Source: Malacoraja senta (taxonomy: Eukaryota). Taken from it: a stretch of DNA of 64,000 nucleotides. Position 1 is the first letter of the stretch; each line of letters opens with the position of its first letter. The translations under genes were made by a program, and so were the position numbers. Below the pieces are notes generated by a model, which saw nothing but the letters and a program-made list of their open reading frames with translations, had not been told where the DNA came from and ran no database searches. Positions 26,322-38,385 of this stretch are shown here, piece after piece. The stretch lies in NCBI GenBank assembly GCA_038087875.1, contig JAXLNO010003530.1, forward strand, positions 62,001-126,000. Direction: 5' to 3'.

Positions 26322-27190
26322 ACCACAAGACAAGACTAGAGACATTTATTTCATGTACCAATTGGTACAGTGAAATGTGTGGTCACCATACAGCCATACG
26401 AATAAGAAAGAGCACAGAACACGATAGTCTTTTAACACAGACATCCCCACACAGCGGGATCAAAGTTTCCCACTGTGAGGGAAGGCACCAAAGTTCAGTC
26501 ATCCTCCTCTGTTATCCTTTGTTGTTCACCCGTGGTTGGGGGGCTCCCGAACCCCTCGCTGTCGCCGCTACGGGTGGCCCGATGTTCAGGCCCTCTCACC
26601 GGGATGCTGGAACTCCAACGTCGGAACGGGAGACCAACCTCAGCGGCTTGGACATTCGAATCGGCCACTTCCTACCGGAGTCCGCGGCTCCCGAAGTCCA
26701 CAGGCCGCGCTGGGCGGAGATTCACGCTGGTGGTCCTCGGCAAAAGGCCCCAGAACTCTGCGATATTAAAGTCAGCGCCGCCCGCGCTGGAAGCTCTACA
26801 AACCACAGCTCCGCGATGTTGAAGCAGCAGGCCTAACACTCCAGAGCTTCAAACGGCGATCCAGGTAAGGCATCATCTGCCCCGCGGTGAATCCAGTGCT
26901 GCGCCACCGCCGCTGCTGAAGCTCTGGTCCGGTCCCTGGCAGGAAAGGCCGTGCCAATCCAGTTGGTAGGGAGCAAGGAGGGGGGCGAGGACGCGACTTG
27001 GAGAATAGTCGCATGCTCGCCAGAAAGTGACTGGGAAACAGTTTCCCCCTTACCCTACCCCCCTCCTCCACATAGAAAAACTAAAGAAACCTCCAAAACA
27101 CACTTTTAAAACAGACTAAAAATTAAAAAAAGATAGAAAAGCATACAGACTGTAGGCAGAGGTTGCCATCAATGCAGCGCCCCTAGTGGA
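26322..27190 (-). mobile_element. GC-rich non-coding retroposon (family A, copy 1)
   Basis: Colinear with 34633-35462. Minus-strand start ccactaggggcgc. Ends in a Rex1-like tail (tttcactgtacc…ggtacatg…aataaa) plus short tandem repeats. Confidence 0.6.
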
Positions 27191-27787
27191 ATTCAGATGC
27201 AGGGACAGTTTCTTCCCAACTATTATCAGGCAACTGCACCATCCTACCAACAACTAGAGTGCAGTCCTCAGCTACCATCTACCTTATTGGAGACCTTCGG
27301 ACTATCTTTGATCGAACTTACTGGACTTTATCTTGCACTAAATATTATTCACGTTATTCCCTTTAGCATGCATCTGTACACTGTGGTTGGCTCAATTGTA
27401 TCATGTATTGTTTTTCCGCTGACTGGTTAGCATGCAACAAAAGCTTTATGTGTTTATTGTACGTGTAATTCGGTACACGTACAATAAACTAAACAAAACT
27501 AATGAGCTAGCTTCTTCAGTAGGGTAAATGCACAGTCTTTTACCCAGTGCAAGGAAATAGTAAGATTAAATGAGAACTTACCTAAGTTTGAAGTTTGATC
27601 TTTATTTTATGAGGAGTTACGTTGGTGATTACGTGAAGAACCCCGCCAGAGCGCCTGCGCGTCAATCTTCAAAGCAGCGGTGTGAAATCACAAAATACAA
27701 CAAGCGAAGTAATATAGTATCATAATAAAATGAGTAATACAAGAACTTCCATCTGACCTTTATGATAGAGGGTAGGGTCGTGGTGGG

Positions 27788-27900
27788 CACGTAATCACCA
27801 ACGTAACTCCTCATAAAATAAAGATCAAACTTCAAACTTAGGTAAGTTCTCGTTTAATCTTACTATTTTACTTCGAGTCACGTGAGTGACTACGTGAAGA
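27788..27900. repeat. DIRS internal complementary region (ICR)
   Basis: 27788-27868 is the reverse complement of 27555-27635 (81 bp, one mismatch seen). 27866-27900 is the reverse complement of 32908-32943 (one mismatch, one indel). Confidence 0.93.
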
Positions 27901-28073
27901 TTTTAAAGCTTTGTGATTTCATGCCGTAGATCAATCCCGGCTTCTCACTGCATTGATTGACTCGGAACGAGAATAATCAATAATGTATTAATAATAACAT
28001 TTGTACCACAAATGCAGTAATTCATTTATTTTAATAATGAAAATTAATCAGATCCCCTTTAAACCAGAGGAAT

Positions 28074-29667
28074 TTACACAGAACTTAAAATAGTTTCTGC
28101 AAACAATCCCGCATTAATAAAAGGCCGATGGTAAAATAGTTGAAACATCAACTCATTGGACCACCCGGCGGCTGCGAGGATATGGTCGACGAGGACGTCT
28201 TTCGCCCTGGCCGCCAACGTTGCTGCTGCCCTAGTCGAGTGAGATGTAAAAACATCAGTGTTAATACCAGCAGCTGTTAAGACTTCTTTTAACCATCTGG
28301 AAATAGTCTGTACTGAAACTCTTTTGTGTGGTTTCTTGTGTGTGATCAACAACCTAGTTTCCGTATTTCTCAAGCCCTTTGTGACCTCAATGTATTGTAA
28401 CAAACATGTCTTAATACAGAGACAAGGATCATTTGGATATGCTGCTAGCACAATTTAAAATCCTGTCACACCTGGCCTACTTTGCTTTAGTAGATCATAG
28501 ATATAAAATGTAACCTTGTCTTCAGTTACTTCCATCCTGTCTATTTGTAATTTTCCAAGTGTTTGCACTCGTTGTGCTGTCACTAATGCCATAAGCATGA
28601 CTACTTTCATACTGAGCTTGGCCAAAGGTAAAGATACACTTGGTGACCATTCACGAGTAGCTTCAGCACCACACTTACATCCCAGATTGTCATGTACCTA
28701 GGTTTCGGAGGTTTGGAATTAAAGATTCCTTTCATCAGTCTGGAAACAAGTGGGTGCGACCCAATTGGATTTCTTTCTGAATCCAGAACCAAATATGAGG
28801 ACAATGCACTTCTGGCTGAATTAATTGCACTATAACTCAAACCTTCATCATAATAAAGTTTTGACAGAAATTCTAAAACATTTGAAATATCTGCAGTACT
28901 ATATTCCACATTCTTTTGTACACAGAACTCTTCCCATTTATTTTTTTTATTTTTTTATATTACTTTTATTAGAAGTACGGTAAATTACGGTAATACACAA
29001 CACATATATCTTAATACATTTTTTGTACCGCTTCATTTTTTGAGCTTTAAGAAAAAGATAGAAGTAAGGAAAGTAAAGAAAGTGCGCAAGAGTCGTGAAG
29101 TGCAAGAGAGTGTTGGGAAAAGAAAGCCCCTTAGAAAAGAAGTTAGAGAAGGAAGTAAAGTAAGAAAGTAGACCCTAGAAAAGAAGGAAAAAGAAAGTAG
29201 GAACAATCGCTCTATTATAACATTATACTCCGCAGAAAGGGGACTACCAACCAAGTCTGTTTTTGTTGATTTACCTCCCATTACCAGGTCCTGATACCAT
29301 TTATTTATTTATTTATTTTTAAAATTACTATTGCACCTCATGCTTGTAATAGGTCCAGAAACGTAGACCACGTCTTTTGGAATTGGTCTGCTTTACCTGC
29401 TAAGAGGAATCTCATCTCTTCCAGATGTAATGTTTCAAACATATTTGATGTCCACATTTTTATTGTTGGTGTGGGCGCATTTTTCCAGAATTTAAGTATG
29501 AGCTTTTTTCCCATTATTAGCCCGTAATTGAATAAATTCTTCTGATACCATTTCTTAAGATAAGGAAGGTACTGTTTTTGAGTGCTCTTCCTCCAGGCTG
29601 CCATAAGCATGCCCACAGTACGCTCAGACAGTCCTCGCCCCAGAAAAGGCCTTCTTAAAACCTGCAA
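28074..29667 (-). pseudogene. DIRS tyrosine recombinase (YR), frameshifted and split by an L1-like insertion
   Basis: N-terminal AAWRKSTQKQYLPYLKKW|EEFC…GLSYSAINSARSALSS…GSHPLVSRLMKGIFN. Catalytic region LVTAQRVQTL, HSTRAAA, AAGWSNELMFQLFYHRP (R…HxxR…W…Y). Confidence 0.88.
28940..29547 (-). mobile_element. 5'-truncated L1/Tx1-like LINE 3' end nested in the DIRS YR gene
   Basis: Encodes KKLILKFWKNAPTPTIKMWTSNMFETLHLEEMRF…FQKTWSTFL*, an L1-type ORF2 C-terminus. A-rich tail (T-run on + at ~28940-28956). 6-bp TSD ccattt at 28934-28939 and 29548-29553; removing the insert restores the YR frame. Confidence 0.8.
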
Positions 29668-29735
29668 ATCAACAAATCCAAACGATCATATAATGGATAT
29701 TGTTCCCCTGCTACAGGGTGCAGCAATAGATTACT

Positions 29736-31588
29736 TCATTTTGGGACTTTCATCAACGTTTGTGTCGTTAATTCTAATATCAACGGATACCATGGCTGTG
29801 TAGGCCAATCTGGTACTACTAGTACCCCTGAAGCAGCATCTTGCCTGATTTTAAGCAAACATCGGCTTATGAGGCAGAAAGGTGGAAATATACATAAAAA
29901 CATACCACCCCAACGTAGCGAGAAAGCATCAATCGCCACTGCTCCTGGATCTGGTTCTCATGACACATATCTCGATAGTTGATGATTCAGTCTAGATGCG
30001 AACAAGTCGATGTCTGGCATTCCAAATCTGATTACTATGTCATTGAATACCTCTCGATTCAACATCCATTCTTTATTATCCTGGAACTTTCGTGACCCGG
30101 TGTCTGCTATCGTATTCAATCTACCTGGTAGATGGATAGCTGAAATCCAAATGTTCTTTTCAATACACCAAGACCAAATTTGATTAGCCATTTTGTCACA
30201 TGACACCGACTTGATTCCACCCATATGATTAATATAGGCAACTGCTGTTGTGTTATCAATTTGAACTTGAACATGCAGATTAGTTGTGTTAGAACAGTAA
30301 GCTTGGAGTCCATAGAAACATCCTAAAAGCTCCAAATAGTTAATTCCCCATGTCTGCAGTAACAATGACTCTTCCTGATTCCATCTGCCTCCGCAGCTAG
30401 ATGCTAAGTCAGTTGCACCCCATCCTAGTGCACTGGCATCAGTTTGTAATATCATGGAAGGTTGTTCCATCAGCACTTTGCTGGAACTGCTTGAGACATG
30501 TAGAATCCACCACTGCAGATCAGAAACAGCATTTGTTGTTAGTTGCATGGTTCTATCAAAATGACCAGCATGCATTCTCAGTGCCTGTTCTTTAACTCTC
30601 TGCAGCTGTTGATAATGTAATGGTCCGTATTGGACTGCTGGGAATGCTGCTACTAATTTTCCCAGTACTCGAATACTTGAGGGTTTTTGCTCGTTTAACA
30701 GATTACTGCAATCTTTAATCAACTCCGCCCTTTTTTCCCTGGGCAAAGTAATTTTCATTTGAACTGAATCAATTGTGAACCCAAAATAATCAATCGAGGT
30801 ACATGGTCTTAACCTTGATTTCTTTGGATGAATTAGAAACCCCAAACTTTCAAAAGTTGATTTCACAACTGCAACAGATGCTTCTGTTGACTCTTTTGTC
30901 CTTCCTATAATCAGGACATCATCCAAGTATGCCATTAGTACATGCCCCTGGCTTCTCAGCAACCCCAGAATTGGTTTTAACAATTTTGTGAATATTCTGG
31001 GAGCGGACGTTAACCCATTAGGCAGGGCTTTGAACTGCCATAACTGGTTCATCCATGTAAATTTAAGATACTTCCTATCTTCCGAGTGAACAGACACTGA
31101 ATAATATGCATCTTTTAAATCTATAGTTGCCATGTAACATGCTTCTGAAATAAGCTGCTTGGCAGTCACAAATGTCTCCATTTTAAAATGTCTAAATTGA
31201 ACAAAAGGATTCAGACTTGTCAAGTCTAGAATAATCCTACATCCTCCATCCTTTTTTGATCGAGGGAATACATTTGACACAAATTGGTGAATTTGGTAGA
31301 CTGATTCTTCAATAACACCTTTTATATATAGGGTTTCAAGTGCAGCTTGAACCTCCATCACTTATTTTTGTGCAAAGTGAAGAGTTCTGCTAGGAACATG
31401 CTGGACAGGCAAATCATAATTTGGATTGAATTCAATTCGAAATCCTTGTATACTATTCAGAATTACCACATCTGAAGTAATCTTCTTCCAGTTGTTATAG
31501 AAGAGATGTAATCTGCCTCCAACTTTTGGACTTAATCCCGTTAGTATGTTCCCATGAGAACCAGGTCCACCTACCTCTTGAGTCATTT
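29736..31588 (-). pseudogene. DIRS pol: reverse transcriptase, RNase H and DNA N6-adenine-methyltransferase-like domain, two in-frame stops
   Basis: One frame: VGGRLHLFYNNWKKITSD, stop at 31362-31364, then KKDGGCRIILDL, IDLKDAY, LPNGLTSAPRIFTK, YLDD (RT) and TDAS, INYLEL, IDNTTAVAYIN (RNase H). Then DLFASRLN…YVS, stop at 29958-29960, and DAFSLRW…FPPF…PDWPTQPW (DIRS MT-like domain). Confidence 0.92.
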
Positions 31589-31589
31589 G

Positions 31590-32731
31590 AGTACCCTGAG
31601 ATCCATGGGTTCTCCCGGAAGCACCCCCACTGGTTCTTGCTCCCGCTGCAGGCCGCCAGCTACGTCCCTGCGTTGATGAGCGACTTGGTCCTGGTCCAGG
31701 ATTCGTATGACGTCTGAAAGGATACCTCCTCTTTACAGACTTTACAACCATCGATGTTTTCATCAATCCTGTTTTCGCTTCATCTTCCAACTTTTTAATA
31801 CGTCTCCCGAGATCCTCTCCAAAGAGTAAGTTGGGTAATTGTATATTACTTGGTTTGCATAGTGCTGCGAATTTCGGATTCATAGTAGGCCGTATAGCAC
31901 CCTTCCTCAGACAATTGATCTCGAAGTGGGTGCTGCATAGCAACCCCAGTGCTTCCTGATGCAACTCCGTCATCTCTTGGCTTTTATCCGCTATTCTGGC
32001 AAAAGCAGTTATTCCAGAACCCAGCAGCTTTAATATTCTCTGCAATTTCACTTCTTGAGCTGATTCCAGATGATTTGATTCACTGCTGGTGCTTTCAGCA
32101 ACACACAGTTACTTGGGGTCTCATGCTTTCTTGCAGTCTCATCCATCTCCTGCTGTTCCAGCTGATGGGAAACTAAGTAATTTATTAGGGAGGCCAATTC
32201 TTCTCCTAATGGCTCTCCTGACCCTGACGGGGCAGCGAATCGTACTGCCAGGGGTGGAACATCTGCCAGCTGTCGTTCTTCGCCTTGTACAGCCTCACCG
32301 TCAGAGTCGGGGTCTGAACTCTCATGACCCGTGGCACGCTCCTCATCCCTGAGGGTGCATTCCATCAGCCCTGTACCAGGAGCTGTTGAGCTGCTTTCAG
32401 CAGCTTGGGTTTCACTACACTCCTCCCTGAGTGTGCTTCGCTCCAACAGCCTATGTACAAGGCTTTCCATCTGGGCAATCCGCTCAAAAGCGGTATCTAG
32501 CCCTGGAGCTACTTCCATTGCCTGGGACTCCTCGTCCGTAGGCCGTCTGGATTTAAACTTGGCCTTGCGCCCGACAGGCGCTGACTGTGTTCTCACCAGC
32601 CCCAGGTCCACAGTCGCTACGCTCTCCGCTGGCGACTGTACCGGGGTTAGAGGCGGTCGGTCGCTTACCGCAATCTCCCGACTTTCTGTCGGCTGAGTCG
32701 CTCGCCTCTTCCCCTTACCCGTTTTTTCCAT
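31590..32731 (-). pseudogene. DIRS gag-like ORF1 (frameshifted near 32050)
   Basis: ATG at 32731 in GCCATGG context. ORFs 32048..32755 and 31362..32051 join by a frameshift. Contains HETPSNCVLLKAPAVNQIIW and LPNLLFGEDL, resembling vertebrate DIRS ORF1. The 3' boundary is approximate. Confidence 0.7.
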
Positions 32732-34632
32732 GGCGTCTATGGAAAAAATCCCCACAGACTTACAGTAAACGGACCTGGATATACTTGAAAAAAGTTTCTA
32801 CTTACCTTGTAGTTGAAAAACTACAATTCCACTAGAGGAGCTCTGCTCCTCGCGTCCGTTTGCGTCAAGGCGTCTGACGTAATGACGCGCAGGCGCTCTG
32901 GCGGGGTTCTTCACGTAGTCACTAACGTGACTCCGAAGTAAAATTTAGAACCAGAAGACATTGGTTTAAGGTGAGGGAGGAAGGATTAATAGGAACTTTT
33001 TTAGGGCAACTTTTTTTTACGTAAAGCGTAGTAGGTATATGGAGGTAGTTGTGGCAGGTGTTATCACAGCGTTTAAGAAACATTTGGACAGGTACGTGGA
33101 TTTGAAGGGAAATGGGCCAGATGCAGGCAGGTGGGCATGTTGGTCAGTCAATATACAAGTCCAACCTGCCTGCATTTGGCCCATATCTCTTTAAACCTCT
33201 CCTATCACGTTCCTGTTTCTATGACTCTACCGATAGTCACCTTTTTGAGAATGGAGGACAGATCCCATTAACAGTTTCAGTGCTCCAAATTCAGATTAAA
33301 AATGATGGCCAGAACAGTTCTCCCTGCTTCTCAAACCCCGTCAAGGGGTTGTAAAAAAAATATACCCCGCAGAGAGTTGTACTTTCCACCGAATCCTTTC
33401 AACCATTGCTTCTCTGCCTGATGAATTTTCACTTTAAACTTCCATTTAAAATGGGATGTTTGAATAATTGTAACCGGGTGTAAGATGGGGAATAATGACA
33501 TATGTTTGTGATTAGGTTGTGTGGGGCTTCACATGGACCTTCACAATCCACTTCATTATAAAATCGGACCACTTTTAGCCTAGCACAGAGGTCAAAGTGA
33601 AAGTGAATCCCAACATAGAAAATATTCTTGGAGCGGCACAGACTTTACAAAGATTATGTAAATAAAAAATCTATATTGATCAGGAACAATGCACGCCAGT
33701 ACTGAGCGAAGAATCTCCTAGTTAGTTTGGATACTTGGGTTCTTCATGTGTTGGTGAACAGCTACCCAAGTGGTGGGATGAAGAGATGCAGCTGTGGCTT
33801 CCACTGGGATTGGCAGCAGAGGGGAGGGGGATGGCAGAGTATGTTGAGTCGAGAAACCAGCAATTATAATCTTTAATTATATGCTAAAACTTCTTATGGG
33901 CCTTGAGTACAGGAACGATAATCGTGTTAAACCTGCCAATGGCCCTTCCATATCACAGAACAAACAGGATCACAAGGGAGATGGAGGCACAAGAAACTGC
34001 AGTTGCTGGAATCTAGAGCAAAACACAAAGTGCTGGAGGAACTTGGTGGGTCAAGCAGCATCTGGGGACAGGTGAGGTTTCAAATCCAAAGAAGGGTCTC
34101 AAAACCTGGCACCTCTTGCATGTGGTCTCAGTGTCTATTTGCTAATTAGGGATTGTGCTTGATTTTGAGTTACTGGCTGTTGAGAATCCTGCTTTTTCCC
34201 CAATCAATAATGGTCAAGCAGCTAGCAAGACATGGATTCCTCCTGTGCTCCCAACTCACGCCCATCAGTCGTCTTCTGACTGTTGTCAAGCCTAAAGTGT
34301 GTCTCTTGAAAGTGTAAGCAAAGACAGAGACGGAACACCAATATATGACCAGAGACCCCTGATCTTTTACAGATAATGTTCTGATGGTCACAAAATGCTG
34401 GAGTAACTCAGGCATTCAGGCAGCATCTCTGGAGAACATGGATAGGTGATGTTTCGGGTTGGGACCCTTCTTCCGCCCTTCTTCAGGCTGTGGGGATGCG
34501 GGTGTGGAAGAAAGCTGGAAGAGCAGAGAGACAGGACAGAGCGTGGCAGGTAATAGGGGGACGCAGGAGAGGAGGGCTTGATAGGCAGATGGTTGGAACA
34601 AAGGCCAGTGATAAGAGAAGAAGGTGTGAGAC

Positions 34633-35462
34633 GGGTTCAAAGGTTCAATTATTTATTGGTCACACACACCATAGGTGTAGTGAAATGCTTATTGCCAATG
34701 CAGCACATTAAAAAAAAGAATACAGCATAACAATAATAAAGAGATTTAAACATAAAAAACATCCCCCCACAATGGTTCCCATTATGAGGGAAGGCACAAA
34801 GTCCAGTCCCCATCCCATGTCCACCCATAGTCGGGCCTATTATGGCCTCCGCAGTCGCCTTTACGGAGGCCCGGTTCCAGGCCCTTCTCGCCGGGTGATG
34901 GTGCTCCGGCGTCGTGAGAATCCTCTCAGCGGCATGGGAAACCTGGAACGGCCGCTACCGTGGCTTCCGAAGCCGGCAGGCCGCGCTGGATGGAACTCCA
35001 CCACTGGCGAACTCGGCGAGAGATCCCAGGCTCCCGATGTAAAGTTCAGCGCCGCCGCCCGCAGCTGGCTGCTCCACAGACCCGCAGCTCCGCGATGTTT
35101 TTCTCAGCGGTCTTCCAGCGCGGCGACCCGGTCAAGGCATCGCCCGCTCCGCGATAACGCTCCCGCGCTGTGCCACCACCGTAGCCGAGGTTCTGGCTGG
35201 TCCCGACAGGAAACGCCGCTCCAGGCCCGCTGGTAGGCTGCGAGGACGGGTCGAAGATGCTGCCCGGAGAAAAGCCGCCTCTCCGACCAGGTAGGGACCC
35301 TGAAAAGTAGTTTCCCCCTTTCCCCCCCCCCCACACCCCCCACATTAAAAAGACTAGAACTCCAAAAACAAAACACTAAAACTCACTAAAAATGTAAAAA
35401 AGAGTGAAACAACGGACAGCTGCAGGCTGGGCAGCCATACCATACAGGACGGCGCCCCCTAG
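34633..35462 (-). mobile_element. GC-rich non-coding retroposon (family A, copy 2) inserted in a Penelope 3' region (34385-34632 plus 35461-35530)
   Basis: Shares blocks with 26322-27190 (catccccc…ttccca…gagggaaggcac, gctccgcgatgtt, gtttccccctt, gcgcccc…tag). (TTGAACC)n tail. Confidence 0.6.
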
Positions 35463-35647
35463 ACTGGAAGAGGTGTGAATTGTGAAGCCAGAGGAAGGAA
35501 TGTAGGAGGAGGGGGGAGAGAGGAGAAATGTTCGGACGGATTACTTCTCCGGACCCAGTGTGTCACAATCGTGATATGCACATTTCACAATATTGACAAC
35601 ATAAAGAACTTATATTTGTGGCAGCACCATAGACTGAACACGATGTC

Positions 35648-37574
35648 TTAATTAGGAAAGGGAAAATTTATTATGAAAGAAAACTGGCAGGGAACATAAA
35701 AACTGAAGAGAAAAAGATTAATTAAAACAAATATGTGAAGAGAAAAAGATTAATTAAAACAAATGTAGGTCCTTTGCAGTCAGAAACAGGCGAATTGATC
35801 ATGGGGAACAAGGACATGGCAGACCAATTGAATAACTACTTTGGTTCTGTCTTCACTAAGGAAGACATAAATAATCTGCCAGAAATAGCAGGGGACCGGG
35901 GGTCAAATGAGATGGAGGAACTGAGTGAAATCCAGGTTAGCCGGGAAGTGGTTTTAGGTAAATTGAATGGATTAAAGGCCGATAAATCCCCAGGGCCAGA
36001 TAAGTTGCATCCCAGAGTACTTAAGGAAGTAGCCCCAGAAATAGTGGATGCACCAGAGATAATTTTTCAAAACTCTTTAGATTCTGGAGTAGTTCCTGAG
36101 GATTGGAGGGTAGCTAATGTAACCCCACTTTTTAAAAAGGGAGGGAGAGAGAAAACGGGGAATTACAGACCAGTTAGTCTAACATCGGTAGTGGGGAAAA
36201 TGCTAGAGTCTGTTATTAAAGATGGGATAGCAGCACATTTGGAAAGTGGTGAATTCATTGGACAAAGTCAGCATGGATTTATGAAAGGTAAATCATGTCT
36301 GACGAATCTTATAGAATTTTTCGAGGATGTAACTAGTAGAGTGGATAAGGGAGAACCAGTGGATGTGTTATATCTGGACTTTCAGAAGGCTTTCGACAAG
36401 GTCCCACATAAGAGATTAGTATACAAACTTAAAGCACACGGTATTGGGGGTTCAGTATTGATGTGGATAGAGAAATGGCTGGCAGACAGGAAGCAAAGAG
36501 TAGGAGTAAACGGGTCCTTTTCAGAATGGCAGACAGTGACTAGTGGGGTACCGCAAGGCTCAGTGCTGGGACCCCAGCTATTTACAATATATATTAATGA
36601 ACTGGATGAGGGAATTGATTGCAACATCTCCAAGTTTGCGGATAACACGAAGCTGGGGGGCAGTGTTAGCTCTGAGGAGGATGCTCGGAGGCTGCAAGGT
36701 GACTTGGATAGGTTGGGTGAGTGGGAAAATGCATGGCAGATGCAGTATAATGTGGATAAATGTGAGGTTATCCACTTTGGTGGCAAAAACAGGAAAGTAG
36801 ACTATTATCTGAATGGTGGCCGATTAAGAAAAGGGGAGATGCAACGAGACCTGGGTGTCATGGTACACCAGTCATTGAAAGTAGGCATGCAGGTGCAGCA
36901 GGCAGTGAAGAAAGCGAATGGTATGTTAGCATTCATAGCAAAAGGATTTGAGTATTAGAGCAGGGAGGTTCTAATGCAGTTGTACAGGGTCTTGGTGAGA
37001 CCACACCTGGAGTATTGCGTACAGTTTTGGTCTCCTAATTTGAGGAAAGACATTCTTGCCATAGAGGGAGTACAGAGAAGGTTCACCAGACTGATTCCTG
37101 GGATGGCAGGACTTTCATATGAAGAAAGACTGGATAGACTCGGCTTGTACTCGCTAGAATTTAGAAGATTGAGGGGGGATCTTATAGAAACTTACAAAAT
37201 TCTTAAGGGATTGGACAGGCTAGATGCAGGAAGATTATTCCCGATGTTGGGGAAGTCCAGAACAAGGGGTCACAGTTTAAGGATAAGGGGGAAGTCTTTT
37301 AGGAACGAGATGAGAAAATCATTTTTTACACAGAGAGTGGTGAATCTGTGGAATTCTCTGCCACAGAAGGTAGTTGAGGCCAGTTCATTGGCTATATTTA
37401 AGAGGGAGTTAGATGTGGCCCTTGTGGCTAAAGGGATCAGGGGGTATGGAGAGAAGGCAGGTACAGGATACTGAGTTGGATGATCAGCCATGATCATATT
37501 GAATGGCGGTGCAGGCTCGAAGGGCCGAATGGCCTACTCCTGTACCTATTTGCTATGTTTCTGTGTTTCTATGT
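35648..37574 (+). mobile_element. CR1-clade LINE (HER1-like), 5'-truncated ORF2 plus 3' UTR
   Basis: ORFs 35735..36958 and 36974..37474: KSPGPD, NYRPVSLTS, QHGF, YLDFQKAFDKVPH, SGVPQGSVLGP, FADN (catalytic D lost), RPHLEYCVQFWSP. One frameshift near 36955. 3' hairpin and (TTTCTATG)n-type tail. Confidence 0.93.
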
Positions 37575-37904
37575 CATAAAGTCCCAAGGTTTAACAGTGA
37601 GCTGCTGAAAGAGAAGGTGTTGGATAGGTACCATTGATGGCTGGCGGAGGCCAGGAGTGGTGATCAGGGGTTTTAGGTCACGGGCAGTTGTCAGGGTGTT
37701 GGGTGGAGAAAGGTCATGACCTTTGGGTAGGTGATGAGCTGCTTGGTGGAGGGGGTGGGGGGGGGGGGGGAGAGTAAAGTAGGATGAGGCAATCTCAATG
37801 GGGTGGTGGCATCTGGATTCCCTGTAGCCCCCAGACAGGGAATTCTGTGAGAGTGACCTTTGCTGGGTGTGGGCTACACTTGGACCAACCAGTTCATGGA
37901 TAAC

Positions 37905-38385
37905 CAGGTTCCCGGTTGCCAAACATTTCAACTCCCCTTCCCATTTCCACACTGACCTTTCTGTCCTAGGCCTCCTCCACTGTTAGGATGAAGCCACTAC
38001 AAATTGGAGGAACAGCACCTCATATTTCACTTTGGCAGCTTACAACCCAGCGGTATGAATGTTGATTCCTCTAATTTTACGTAACCCCTGCATTTTCTGT
38101 CCCTCCGCCCCTCCCCCACCCTAGTCGTCCTGCCAGTTCCACTGTTCGCATCCATATATCCCTTCGTACTCACCTCTTCCCAGGCCAACAATGGAGCATT
38201 GTGGGCTCCACCTTTCCCTGGCCTTTGGTGCCATCTCTGATTTCTTCTGAACTTTTTAATACCTCTAGTTTCCCTCCCCCCTGACTCTCAGTTTAAAGAA
38301 GGGTCTCGACCCGAAACATCACCTATTCCTTTTCTCCAGAGATGCTGCTTGACCCACTGAGTTACTCCAGCATTTTGTGTCTAGC
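37905..38385 (+). mobile_element. Penelope-like element 3' part
   Basis: PVAKHFNSPSH…KLEEQHLIF…LQPSGMN (GIY-YIG C-terminus) followed by the same terminal repeat as at 57895-58020. Confidence 0.8.

Larger units (their letters stand above)
27555..32943 (-). mobile_element. DIRS1-group tyrosine-recombinase retrotransposon, near full length, inactivated
   Basis: Order gag - RT/RNaseH/methyltransferase-like - YR on the minus strand. 35-bp perfect inverted terminal segment (27630-27664 vs 32883-32917). Internal complementary region 27788-27900 matches both ends. Inserted at an A-run inside a CR1 3' fragment whose halves rejoin across it (…ttttacccagtgcaaggaaa | tttagaaccagaagacattggtttaagg…). Confidence 0.93.

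Noticed and set aside
26270-26836. 188-aa ORF and similar GC-rich ORFs at 34772-35376 and 51397-51833
   Set aside because: No recognisable domains, not conserved between related repeat copies, and explained by stop-poor GC-rich sequence.
28074-31361. Phage integrase plus Dam methylase suggesting prophage or bacterial contamination
   Set aside because: Both are normal DIRS1 domains, linked to RT/RNase H and ITR/ICR, and embedded in vertebrate repeats.
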